In this document: positions 11,695 through 20,935 of the stretch, piece by piece | How positions within the stretch are numbered: position 1 is the stretch's first letter | Layout: the number at the start of each line of letters is the position of its first letter | NCBI GenBank assembly: GCA_965178125.1 | Contig: CBCXTV010000012.1 | Location: 1 to 35,300, forward strand | Direction: 5' to 3' | DNA: 35,300 bases | Source: Bilabrum cf. latius | Lineage: Eukaryota | Made by a program: the position numbers and the translations under genes | Notes under the pieces: generated by a model | The model's input: the letters and a program-made list of their open reading frames with translations, nothing else | The model's database searches: none | What the model was told of the DNA's origin: nothing

Positions 11695-11930
11695 CTACTT
11701 CTGTACGACTTTCCGCGGCTCGTCTAGAGGCGGACGGACCACTTGAGCTCTCAAGGCGGACTCCGAAAGCTCTTTCGAACAGCGATCCAGGAATACCTCG
11801 CACAGCGGGCTCACTTGGATCGCCCTGCCGCAGGTCACACACGGTTTGACGCTTGACCGGCGAGCTCTACGGCGCCTTCCGACGAGTCGGAATTCCTCCT
11901 CGTTTAGGTAGTATACGAGAGCCGAGTGAC
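11695..11930 (-). other. Possible short coding segment with a basic patch and CxxC
   Basis: YYLNEEEFRLVGRRRRARRSSVKPCVTCGRAIQVSPLCEVFLDRC; no clear ATG. Repeated at about 33089-33325. Confidence 0.3.
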
Positions 11931-12339
11931 GCGGAGAGCAGGTGGAAAAAAAAACGCACTGGTGAATGGTAGGTCTGGGGCTGGGCATCGCCGGACCGCG
12001 GTCCGGGCTCTGGCGCGGACCAGCACTCCTCCCCCCGCGGCCAAGCGCTCGCGGACCCGCATGCTGCTCGGACCTTTCCTTCCATGCCTGTTGGCGTCCC
12101 CCCTTTCGAGCACACCTTTCGGGGCGAAAACGCGGCCGGCGAAGCGTCCCCACGAACTGTTGGGGGACACCCTTTGGCCCGCAGATTTCTGGGCCAAATT
12201 CCGGACCCCAAAACAGGTCCGCCCAAAGCGTTTGTGGGCCGGGCTCTCATGCGGTTCTGTCGGGACCCAGAAAAGGCCCGCGACTGGTCCCAGTACCGGG
12301 GCCGCGTTCGGGCCCCCTTTCAGGGGCCATAGGCGCCTG

Positions 12340-12870
12340 AGGGAAATCCTGATGAAACGAAACTGGACGGGAAACTGGACTGAAAATTCATGCGACCAAG
12401 GCAGCGAGTGACGGGAAACTGCCGCGCGAAGATGCTGAAGCTTCGCACATGAAGGGAAAACCCGTATGGGGTTCCGGCACTGGGGACTCTCCCTGGTGCA
12501 AGCCGACGACGATATGTCGGAGATGACTGAGGGTGGACGCATGGCCGCTGTACTGCACAGGTAACTGACACGAACACTCTGCATGACACATGAGTTCGCA
12601 CACTTTGTCCTCGCGAGGCCCGCTCAGCCGCCGCACCCCATGCTGTCCGGCGATGCCGCCTCGCCCCCAGGCCCAGCGGACTGCCTCGGGCGGTCGCTCA
12701 TGTCCTACGCCGAGCGCGCCCCGCGCCCGACCGGAAAAGCTCTCGGCCTCAGCTTGCGACGAGTCGACGCCCATGCGGAGAGCGACTGTGCAGCAAGTGG
12801 GGGCACTCTGAGACCCAGGACGGGCCTCGAGAGAAGGCCGGCAAAGCGCTCGGCCGTTGCATCCTGCCGG
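12340..12870. repeat. Diverged direct repeat of about 13790-14330
   Basis: Shared anchors GGAAACTGGACTGAAAAT, GCGCGAAGATGCTGAA, GCTGTC.GGCGATGCCGCC and GGGCCTCGAGA...AAGCGCTCGGCC. Confidence 0.8.
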
Positions 12871-12907
12871 GGCCTCGGCTCATGGGCCGAAGCCCCACTG
12901 GCGCGGC

Positions 12908-13141
12908 TCAGCCGAGCGGAGCGACGTCGCGGGGGTCGACGGCGATCGCTTGCGAGACGCTGAGGATTTTCAGCTCCAGGACTTTGTGCCTCTCCGGACC
13001 GCTCCCTTCCGGCTTCACGAGCAATTGCATGAACCATTCCCCATCTTCGAAGTTCACCGAGAGCACCTGGACCTCGCTGTTGACGAAAAAGCGGCTGTGC
13101 TCCAAGACATCCGCGCGCGAGGACGGCGCCGGGAGCGACAT
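12908..13141 (-). CDS. Hypothetical 77-aa protein
   Basis: MSLPAPSSRADVLEHSRFFVNSEVQVLSVNFEDGEWFMQLLVK... has a composition free of GC bias and is framed by the shared upstream and downstream modules. Confidence 0.55.
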   Translation of the reverse strand: MSLPAPSSRADVLEHSRFFVNSEVQVLSVNFEDGEWFMQLLVKPEGSGPERHKVLELKILSVSQAIAVDPRDVAPLG

Positions 13142-14380
13142 GACTTCGCCTGGCGCGAGCCCACGCCGCGTGTTCGAACCACCGGGACAGCTGACACCCG
13201 GGTTACTCCACGAAAGACACACTTATGTATCGAGAAGCTGAAATGCGAGAAGAACATGACTCGCACAGAAGCCGACAAGATATGCTCAAACCTGAGGTCG
13301 ATGGGAGAGGCTTGCTGTGAACGCCGCGGCCACCAAGGGGCCGCAGCCAGCCAGCAACGCTTATCCACCCAGGTCTCCGGACACACCCGGCGCCGGTCCT
13401 CCTCCGTTTCGTTGCCAAGCCCTTGCGCTCGCGGTGCGCGGCGAAGCGCTCGCGCTGTCCATGCAGCCCCCTCGGGTTGCACCCTCGCCGGCGCGGGGCC
13501 GGCCACAGAAGGCGCCCGCATGGGACGACCTTTCGGCGCGCAGGCGGCCCCGACAATGGGGCCGGAATTTGGCCCCTGAGTGTGCGCGCCAAAGGGGCAA
13601 CGCCAGTTGTTGGCGTTCACCCTTTCGCCGGCACACTTCGGGGCCAATTTCCGGCACCCAAAAAAAATCCGCGCAAAGCCATTGTGGGGCGAGCTGGTAT
13701 GCGGTTCCGGAGGGGCGCAAGAAGCCCCCCCGACAGGTCCCGGTACGGGGGGCGCGTTCTGCCCCGCTTGCAGGGGCCATGAGCGCCTGAAGAAAAACTG
13801 ACGTAAGAAAGCACGAAAGGAAACTGGACTGAAAATCCATGCAACGACATCCGCGACTGATGGGAAACAGCTGCGCGAAGATGCTGAACCTTCGCGCATG
13901 TGGACAAAAACGCGCATGGGTCTCCTGTAGTCGGCACCCTACCTGGCGCAAGCCCACGACGCTATGTTGGACAAGGCTGAAGAAGGACGCATGTCCGCTG
14001 TACTTGTATGCTCACTCTCACGAACAATCTGCATGAGCACATGACATCGCACAATTTGTCTCTCGCATCGCGCCCTCAGCCCCCGCATCCCAAGCTGTCG
14101 GGCGATGCCGCCGCGTCCCCAGCCCCCGGCCGAGTGCCTCGGGCGGTGGCGAATTTCCTACGCCCGGCGAACCCCGCGGCCGACGGGAAAAGCTCACCGT
14201 CTCAGCTTGCGCCTTGTGGACGTGCATGCGCAGTGCGGCTGTCAAAGAATTGGAGGGAATAAGAGACCCACGACGGGCCTCGAGAAAAGGCCGGCGAAGC
14301 GCTCGGCCTGTGCATCCTGCTTTCGGGATGCCGCCGGCAAGACGCTCGGCTCCCCACCCCGGCGGCCAAGCGCGCGCCCC

Positions 14381-16180
14381 TCAGGGTTGGGTCACGGGGA
14401 GGCACTGCTCGACATCCTCCACCCACATCGGCCTCCTGACACGCTGAAGGTACGAGTTCTCTGTCAACCACTCCGCGTCCGTTTCGCTCATCTTCGACAC
14501 CTCCTGTCTCCAGTTGTTTGTGGAGATGACGAGTTTCTTGCCTCCCACGAACACGCGCCGCGCGTGACAATTGGTGGCGCTTTGGTTGATGCCGATTGGG
14601 ACCGACTGGGCCTGAAATAATTTTTTGTTCGCTATGACTTGCGCGGGGCACGCTTCGTCAAATAGCAAGAGCTCATGTGTCATTTCGCAATACCCCTCAA
14701 AGTTCAACGGAACATTGCCGCTGCAGGTCATTTCGAAGACCTGGCCCTTGGGCACTAACGCCCGGCAGTACGCTGTTTTCCCGCGCTGCGATGGGCCGTC
14801 TAATACTAAAAAGTAATATCTGTCGCGCACAAATCCGTATTGGGACACCCACTCTTCGATCAAAGGGTACCGTCTCCACGGTTTTTTCACCTCGGACGAG
14901 TTCGCGGCGCGATATTCCAGGTAGCGTTCCATTGCCTCTTCTTGCCGGGCTTTCGCGTACTCCGTCAGCCATAGCAGATTCCGAGTGATGCCGTTAGGCA
15001 CTTTCCTCAGTTCCGCTCTCGCGTCAGCTATGGTTATTTTCCCGCTTTCTAGATGGCCTAAAATCCAGGTCCCAGTCACCTGGAAATCCTTATGGGGCTC
15101 ATGGGACCCTGCGGCCATGAGCGAGGTCACCTTCGGCATCAACAGGTAATACATGCCCGCGAAGTGGTTCCGACCAGAGCGTATGAGACGCGTGCAGTCC
15201 CCACTGTGGAATGGGGCTCCCCCTCGGAAAAGCGTGTCGTCGACTTTCACTCTCATTTGCCTGCCGCCGTAGGCGGCCACAAACGCATGGGCATGTACCC
15301 TCGTCGCCTCCGCCCCGCTCCGGTCGCAGAGCTCAAGACACCAAGCCATAAAACACTGCGGGTATTTCTCCCGGAATGCACTGGCCCAGGCCTCGAGGTC
15401 CGACCACAGAGCGAGGACGCGCGGATCCTGCCGCAGCCGTGCCGTCTCCGCCTGTCTCTCCTTTGCCACCTTCTCGAAACAGAAATCAGCAAGGGTCAAA
15501 ACCGCCGGGGCTTCCCCGGCCACCCGCATCGGGTCCGGCAAAGCGCTCGGATGAGACCCACCTTCCTGTTCCTCTTGTACACTGAGAGGCGAAGCGCTCT
15601 CTCCTGGAACCGCTGGCCGTTGCTCCTGGCCTGCCGCATGCGCCCCGGAGAGAAGCCCCCAACCCCCTTGCCAAGTCCAGACCGCACTGCGCATGCGGTG
15701 TATCCCCTCTTCGCCCCGGGACCTACCGGCGCTCAGCAACCGCGCAGCGATCTCGGCGAGGTCTGGGTACGCCCGGACGAATTTCGTCAACCGGTCCTTC
15801 CGCTGCGCGTAGTCCAGGTCCTTCAAGCACCAGTATTTCGTCATCGCGCTTTGCCGTTTGAATGTGGCTCTCCGATACCCCGTCTTCCTCTGCCACCAGT
15901 AGACGTACTTGTTGTGGGCCCGCTTGCGGTCCGCGCTGTTCAAAGGCTCGTCGGGGTCCTCGAGCTCCGCCAAAATGGCTTCGAGGTCGATGTCCACTTC
16001 TGCTTCCGCCTCAACATTTCCAGGCGCGTCCGGCTCGACCGCGGGCTCCGGCGCAGACGCGGGCACCTCCACAAGCTCCATCGCCTCGATGGCCGTCACG
16101 CGCCGGCGCTTTGGCGGCCGGGGATCCGAGGGCGTGCCATGCAAGGCTCCCGCGCGCGCCGACGTCGCGGGTTCCGCCAT
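14381..16180 (-). CDS. rep: CRESS-type replication initiator Rep (HUH endonuclease + SF3 helicase), 599 aa
   Basis: Motif I-like AVWTW, motif II VHAHAFV, motif III-like MYYLLMPK, Walker A LVLDGPSQRGKT, Walker B LLLFDE, motif C LVISTN, and C-terminal EWLTENSYLQRVRRPMW resembling gemini/genomovirus Reps. Start placed at ATG 16180 (MAEPAT); the ORF is open to 16492. Confidence 0.92.
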   Translation of the reverse strand: MAEPATSARAGALHGTPSDPRPPKRRRVTAIEAMELVEVPASAPEPAVEPDAPGNVEAEAEVDIDLEAILAELEDPDEPLNSADRKRAHNKYVYWWQRKTGYRRATFKRQSAMTKYWCLKDLDYAQRKDRLTKFVRAYPDLAEIAARLLSAGRSRGEEGIHRMRSAVWTWQGGWGLLSGAHAAGQEQRPAVPGESASPLSVQEEQEGGSHPSALPDPMRVAGEAPAVLTLADFCFEKVAKERQAETARLRQDPRVLALWSDLEAWASAFREKYPQCFMAWCLELCDRSGAEATRVHAHAFVAAYGGRQMRVKVDDTLFRGGAPFHSGDCTRLIRSGRNHFAGMYYLLMPKVTSLMAAGSHEPHKDFQVTGTWILGHLESGKITIADARAELRKVPNGITRNLLWLTEYAKARQEEAMERYLEYRAANSSEVKKPWRRYPLIEEWVSQYGFVRDRYYFLVLDGPSQRGKTAYCRALVPKGQVFEMTCSGNVPLNFEGYCEMTHELLLFDEACPAQVIANKKLFQAQSVPIGINQSATNCHARRVFVGGKKLVISTNNWRQEVSKMSETDAEWLTENSYLQRVRRPMWVEDVEQCLPVTQP

Positions 16181-16407
16181 GGCCCGCGCAGGCCCCGGGC
16201 GGGCCCGTCGCGCGCCTGGGGCGAGGGGCTCCGCATCGCGCCTGGACCGGGCGGCTATGCATGCGAAACAAGGCGCGTCTTGCGAAAAACCTCGATTTCC
16301 CCCACAATACCAGCCTTTGGCGGCGCGGGACCCTGGAAATTGCGGCACGTCCCGGAGAAGGCAGATGGGAAAGTGCATTTTTCGCAAGCCCTCTAGGCGA
16401 AACGGCA

Positions 16408-16690
16408 GGCTGAATCGGAGGCTGACACTTCCCGAATCCTTCCCCCCATATTGTTGCGCGATTTCCAGCCAATTCAGCCTCGGATGACTCAAATCCTTTT
16501 AAATATTAACACGCGAGGTGAGTCAACCAAGGCTGAAACTCACGACATTATGGGGGAAAGGAGTCAGCCTCGAAACGGGCACATCCGGCTGAATCCTTCC
16601 CCCCATATTGTCGTGCACATTTCCGCCCCGGGCGATTCAGCCAATCGCGAAACACCATAAGATCATGGCTCCAGCACCCCCTGAATCGGA
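16408..16690. promoter_or_regulatory. Putative rolling-circle origin: stem-loop plus iterons
   Basis: Arms 16473-16491 and 16519-16537 are complementary at 17/19 nt around a 27-nt loop containing TTTAAATATTAAC. Repeats of 25-29 nt lie at 16434 (direct), 16541-16569 (inverted) and 16587-16615 (direct). Confidence 0.65.
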
Positions 16691-16799
16691 CAAATGCCCA
16701 CCACATCCGGCTTCTCCGCTCGTTCCCCCGGCTAGGAGCCTCATTTTGGCGCGGTTTCCACATGGCTGCCGGCTCCTGCCCGCCCTGCCGTCGCGCACT

Positions 16800-17205
16800 T
16801 TCCGGGCCCGCCCCGGCCGCGGACCCCGTCCCCGCATTGGCCGCGGCCCACATGGCTGGCGACGGCCCACATGGCTGGCGGCGGCCCCGCGCCCCGCCGT
16901 CGCGCGCCGTCTGGGCCGGCTCTCCGGCCCGGCGTGCCCGGCCGGGTCCCGCCCGGGACGCGGGCCGCGTCCCGGCCGAGGCCGGGCCCGGCCGGGACGC
17001 GGCCCGCGCCTCCTCCCCCCCCCCCCCCCGCCCGGCCGGGACGCGGGCCGCGTCCCGGCCAGGGCCCGGGCCGCGGCCCGGGCCCAGAGCGGGTATCTGC
17101 CCGCGCCCGGCTTCGGCGCCGGGCTCGGGCGACGCGCCCGGGCCCGGCGCAGAAGCCGGGCCCTGCGGCCCGGGCCTCAGCCCGGGCCGCCGGCACGCGC
17201 CCCGC
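16800..17205. repeat. Extremely GC-rich tract of nested palindromes and short direct repeats
   Basis: CCGGGACGCGG(G)CC x3, CCACATGGCTG x3 (first copy just left of the tract, at about 16758) and many CCGGGCCCGG. Confidence 0.7.
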
Positions 17206-17653
17206 CCCATCTTTGGCGATGCCGTCCAATCACTCAAATCCAAAACAGCCAAGGGCACGATCCCCGCATGCCGCCCACCGTGGCCTTTCCCACCTCGCTG
17301 TCGCTTCTGCCCGCAATGTCACGACGACCGCAAAACAAGTCGCTTCACAGGCGGACCTCTCAGGTCCCACAGCCGCACTCACGAGCGTGGCAACCCGCAT
17401 TCAGCCACGAAAATGCAACGAAAGCGAAGGCAAAAATGCAAGCAACGCGAACGGCCTGTTCCACAACGGCGCATGCGAGAACTCCATGGGCACTGCCGGG
17501 CCACTGCACATCCCTTGGGACCCGCTTTTCGGGGCGCACCGGAAAAAAATAGAGGGCCGGACCGGTCCGCGGCGTTTTGCCACGGGCGGCTTTGGCGCCG
17601 TCGCGGGACAGACGTCGGCGCCAGGCGCCAGGGGGGGGAAAGGCGTAAGCGCC

Positions 17654-18073
17654 TCACTCGTCGCAGGCCCTCGGCGGCACTTCGCCGCCCACCAATCCGG
17701 CGGCCAGGCGCGCGCCCTCGGCGGGCTCCGTCGCGCCCGTCGCCGCGGCAGGTGGAGGCGAAGCGCTCTCCCCGGCGGCGGCGCTGCCCGCGCTTGAAGA
17801 ACTCGGCGCGGCCTCCCGTTGGTCCTTCCGCATGAGAAGCACGCTGACGAGGTCGTCGTCGCTCATCAAGCGCGCGCGCTTCTTCAGGCGGCTCTGGCGT
17901 TTCCTCGCGTTCTTCACCTGGCGGGTCAAGTCCTTCTTCACCTTGTTCGCCGCGATCTGCTCCTGCTTCAACCTCTCAATCTCCGCCCGGGCCGGATCCG
18001 CCGGCAGCGCCTCGAAGACGCTTGCCATCGCCGCGGTCACGACCGCGGAGTCTCCGGAGCCCGCGGACGCCAT
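17654..18073 (-). CDS. Small basic coiled-coil protein (139 aa)
   Basis: RAEIERLKQEQIAANKVKKDLTRQVKNARKRQSRLKKRARLMSDDDLVSVLLMRK. The ATG at 18073 overlaps the transposase 3' end by 37 nt. Confidence 0.7.
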   Translation of the reverse strand: MASAGSGDSAVVTAAMASVFEALPADPARAEIERLKQEQIAANKVKKDLTRQVKNARKRQSRLKKRARLMSDDDLVSVLLMRKDQREAAPSSSSAGSAAAGESASPPPAAATGATEPAEGARLAAGLVGGEVPPRACDE

Positions 18074-20037
18074 GGCAACAAGCGGCGCCCGATGGGCAAG
18101 CGGCGGCGGCCAAGGGCAAGGGAGTCGTCCTCTCCGACGGCTGCGGCGACTGGGGACGCGGCCACTCTCTCGGGCGCCACCACATGCGAGCTGCTCCGCA
18201 GGCGGCCCACCCAGGGATTGGACCCTCCCGCTCGTTCTGCGGCGGCGTAGGGCGCGGCAAGCGCTCGCGCTTCTTCGCCCGCCCTGGCACGAGGATATCC
18301 GAGTACAAGGGGAAACAAGCGATCCACAGGGATCATGCGCCCGCGAGGGAAGATAGACTCGAAGCCGGCCAGCGCGGGGAGGCAGCCGCCGTCGAGGAAG
18401 CCCTCGGGCGCCGGGCCGAGCTCCTCTAGGAATCGGTTCGACGTCGGCCACGCCCCATGCAAGCCGCAGAGGGCGAAGGCGTTTCGCCAGTCCCGGCCAC
18501 TGACCACCCCGGTCACCGCGTCCGCGAGGACCGCCAGGAGATCCTCGATGGGGAGCTCGGCGTCGCGGCGACCCAACTGCTGCCCTTCCATGAGGACCCG
18601 GATGCGGTGCTTTAGGGGAGCGAAGACGGCCACATCGCATGGTTGGAGCCACCGCGTCGCGAGCGCCGGCAAGAGGTGGTAGTGGCATCCGGCGCGCGCC
18701 ACCGCGGCGGCGACTTCCTTCGTCGTGTGGACCGGGCAGGCGTCCATAGAGAGGATAATGCAGCGATCCAGTGCGACGGGCCTGAGGCTGGCCTTCAAGA
18801 CGTCCATAATCTTCGCGAACCCGGCACCGTCCAGCCAGGAGCTCTTCTGTCGCAGCAGGACGACCCGGTCGGTGCGGCCAGCGTTGAAGGTGGCCGCGGC
18901 AGCAGCAGGGACGAGGCGATCGTTGACGACGAAGATTTGCGGCAGCAGGGGTTGCACTGCCGCATCGTCGCACACGAAGCAGATGTAGGAAAGCGCGCTC
19001 CGTCGAGCGCGCAGGGACGCTCTCTGTTCCGGCGGCTGCCGGCGGCCGGGAAAGCGCTCGGTCGCAATGGCGCCGGGCCTCGGCGGCGGGAAGAACTTGA
19101 CGGAGCTCTCGTCCATGTTAATGCGCAGAACAGGGCGGCCCCCGGCGCAGCGGCGGGCGAGGAAGCGGTCCCACTGGAATGTCGCCAGGGCCTGTGCGAG
19201 AGCCGGGTCCCCGGCGGGCCCGCCGGAAAAAAAAAGGGGCCGTTTTTTTGGCCCCGAAATCGGGGCCGCCTATTAAAATCACAACACAGGGGGGGCCAGA
19301 AAACGGCCCCTGTTTTTTCAGGCCGGCCCGCCGGGGGACCCGCTTTTTGGCCGCCTCGGGGCCCGGTTCCCGCGAGCCTTCGCGCGCAAAGTGTCCCGGT
19401 CCAGGCGCGGCCCCATGGTAGGCGCCCGCAGCCTCACTCGCCAGCGCCGCCGCCAGCGCAGGATCCATTTCCGCGGCGGCCTCTCAACACGCCCCCCGAT
19501 GTGGCCGCCGGCCCCAACGGCGGCGGAGGGCCCGCCGGGGAGCGCTCCGCGCCATTGCCGCCAGAGGTATGTGTAGGTCGGCGCGAGGCCGGCGTCCATG
19601 TTCAATCGGGCCACCCACTCGCACAAGCTGCGCTCCCGGAGGAAGCGTTGCGCCGCCACCGCTGTGCGCTCGTCGGGAGGCCCGGCCACCGGCGCCGCCT
19701 GGGGCACCGCGCCGGGCGCCTCCGGATCCCGCGCAGGCAGGGCCGCGGCATGCGGCTGGGGCGAAGCGCTCCCAGCGTCGCCGGACCGCCTCCGCTTGCA
19801 GTCACGCTGCCGGAGGTACTCCGCTCGGGCCTCGGGCCCACCGGGGCCCGGCAGGGACGCCGCAATGTAATCCGCGACGGCCTGTGTGCGACTATCTCGC
19901 TTCGGCCGCGGCCGGGCGGCGCTGCGCTTCTGCTCCTTCGCGCGGCGGAGCGCGGCCGCGACCGCGCGGGCCTCCGTCGCAGCCCGCTCCCGCTCCGCGA
20001 CCAGGTCCTTCAGGGAGGCTCGAGGCACCGCCGGCAT
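18037..20037 (-). CDS. pogo/Tc5-like (DDE_1) transposase, two exons (20037-19378, 19191-18037), ~604 aa
   Basis: Exon 1 has a CENP-B-like HTH (ERSLCEWVARLNMDAGLAPT...KWILRWRRR). Exon 2 has catalytic INMDES, ILSMDACPVH and WLQPCDVAVFAPLK, with 35 residues between the second and third Asp. The splice is in frame. Confidence 0.88.
19192..19377 (-). other. Predicted GC-AG intron (186 nt) in the transposase
   Basis: AAG|GC donor and CAG|G acceptor give DTLRAK-ALATFQWDRFL...RINMDES in phase 0. Confidence 0.8.
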
Positions 20038-20439
20038 CGGCGAGGACTGTATTGCGGGGCAGGGCGCCGACAAAAGTCACGACGGTGGAACTGCCATCGT
20101 TGCGCTCGCGCAATGCCCCTGCAACATATGAGCAAAAAGGACGCGGATTCCTCCTCCGGACACTCGCGCGTGCGGCCAAGTGCTTTGGGCCCCACCCCGA
20201 ACCCGGGGGGGGGGGGGGGGGGCGGGAGAGCACAATGCCAATGAGCTTGCGGGCCAAGCGCTCCGCGACACGGTCTCTTACTGAAACACCGACGGCGACC
20301 TGTCTGTGGAGGTCAAGCGCTCTCCTCGAAACGCGCCGCAAAGCAGCGCGCCGGAACTCTGGGCGATCCAGCGCCTAATTCCCGGGATGCTCAGCCCAGT
20401 ATCCTCATGATCGCCCTCGCATCAACAAGGCGACGGGCG

Positions 20440-20935
20440 CTGAAGTGAAACACCCTGCACTGTCTCGGTGGAGGCGAAGCACTCTGCGGGCAAATGCGAC
20501 ATGTGACGAGGCAGTGTCATGACAACCTGTTGCCTGTCAAGATGCCATGCCGAATCCCTCTTTGATGCCCCTGCGCATACCACTCGACGGTCAAATATCG
20601 GCCTCGAAACTGGCCTGGGCCATGACGAAAACAAAGCGACAAGCACTCAATTGAGACATAATGCAAACACACATTTTCATGCGAGGGGATGTTCCATTTC
20701 AACCCCTTGCCTGTCAAGGTGCCACATCTAGTCCCTTTTGCAAGCCCCTTCACATGCCAGAAAACGACCCTGATCGTGCTCCCGCGACGGGAGGCGAAGC
20801 GCTCACTCTTCGGCGCGGCAAAGCGCTCGCGCGGGCGAGGCGAAGCGGCCTCGGGCGGCCAAGCAGCGGCCGCCGCACTCATCCGGAGGAGAGCTCCTCG
20901 TCGGAGTCGAGGCCCCCCTGCGCCCAGTCGACGCC
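20440..20935. repeat. Diverged direct repeat of the unit's left end (about 495-770 and 1243-1400)
   Basis: Shared AAATGCGACATGTGA and GACAAGCACT...TTGAGACA...TGCAAACAC anchors, plus a near-identical DWAQ(E/G)GL(E/D)SDEELSSG* gene end. Confidence 0.85.

Noticed and set aside
14800-14808. Circovirus-like nonanucleotide (minus strand TAGTATTAG)
   Set aside because: It is an 8/9 match inside the codons preceding Walker A (LVLD), with no flanking stem.
15965-15985. Dinoflagellate spliced-leader relic (AGCCATTTTGGC on minus)
   Set aside because: Only a 12-nt core matches, and it lies inside the Rep frame (EAILA), so it is probably chance.
14381-16180. Helitron RepHel
   Set aside because: The helicase motifs are SF3 (Walker A, B, motif C), not Pif1/SF1, and the protein is too short.
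15092-20244. Long + strand ORFs (15092-16396, 16608-17552, 16762-17835, 18643-20244)
   Set aside because: These are Arg/Pro/Gly/Ala-rich antisense or low-complexity shadow frames, expected at this GC content.
18037-20440. Stand-alone pogo transposon with TIRs
   Set aside because: I could not find inverted termini or a TA duplication around the gene by eye. This is not excluded without an einverted-type search.
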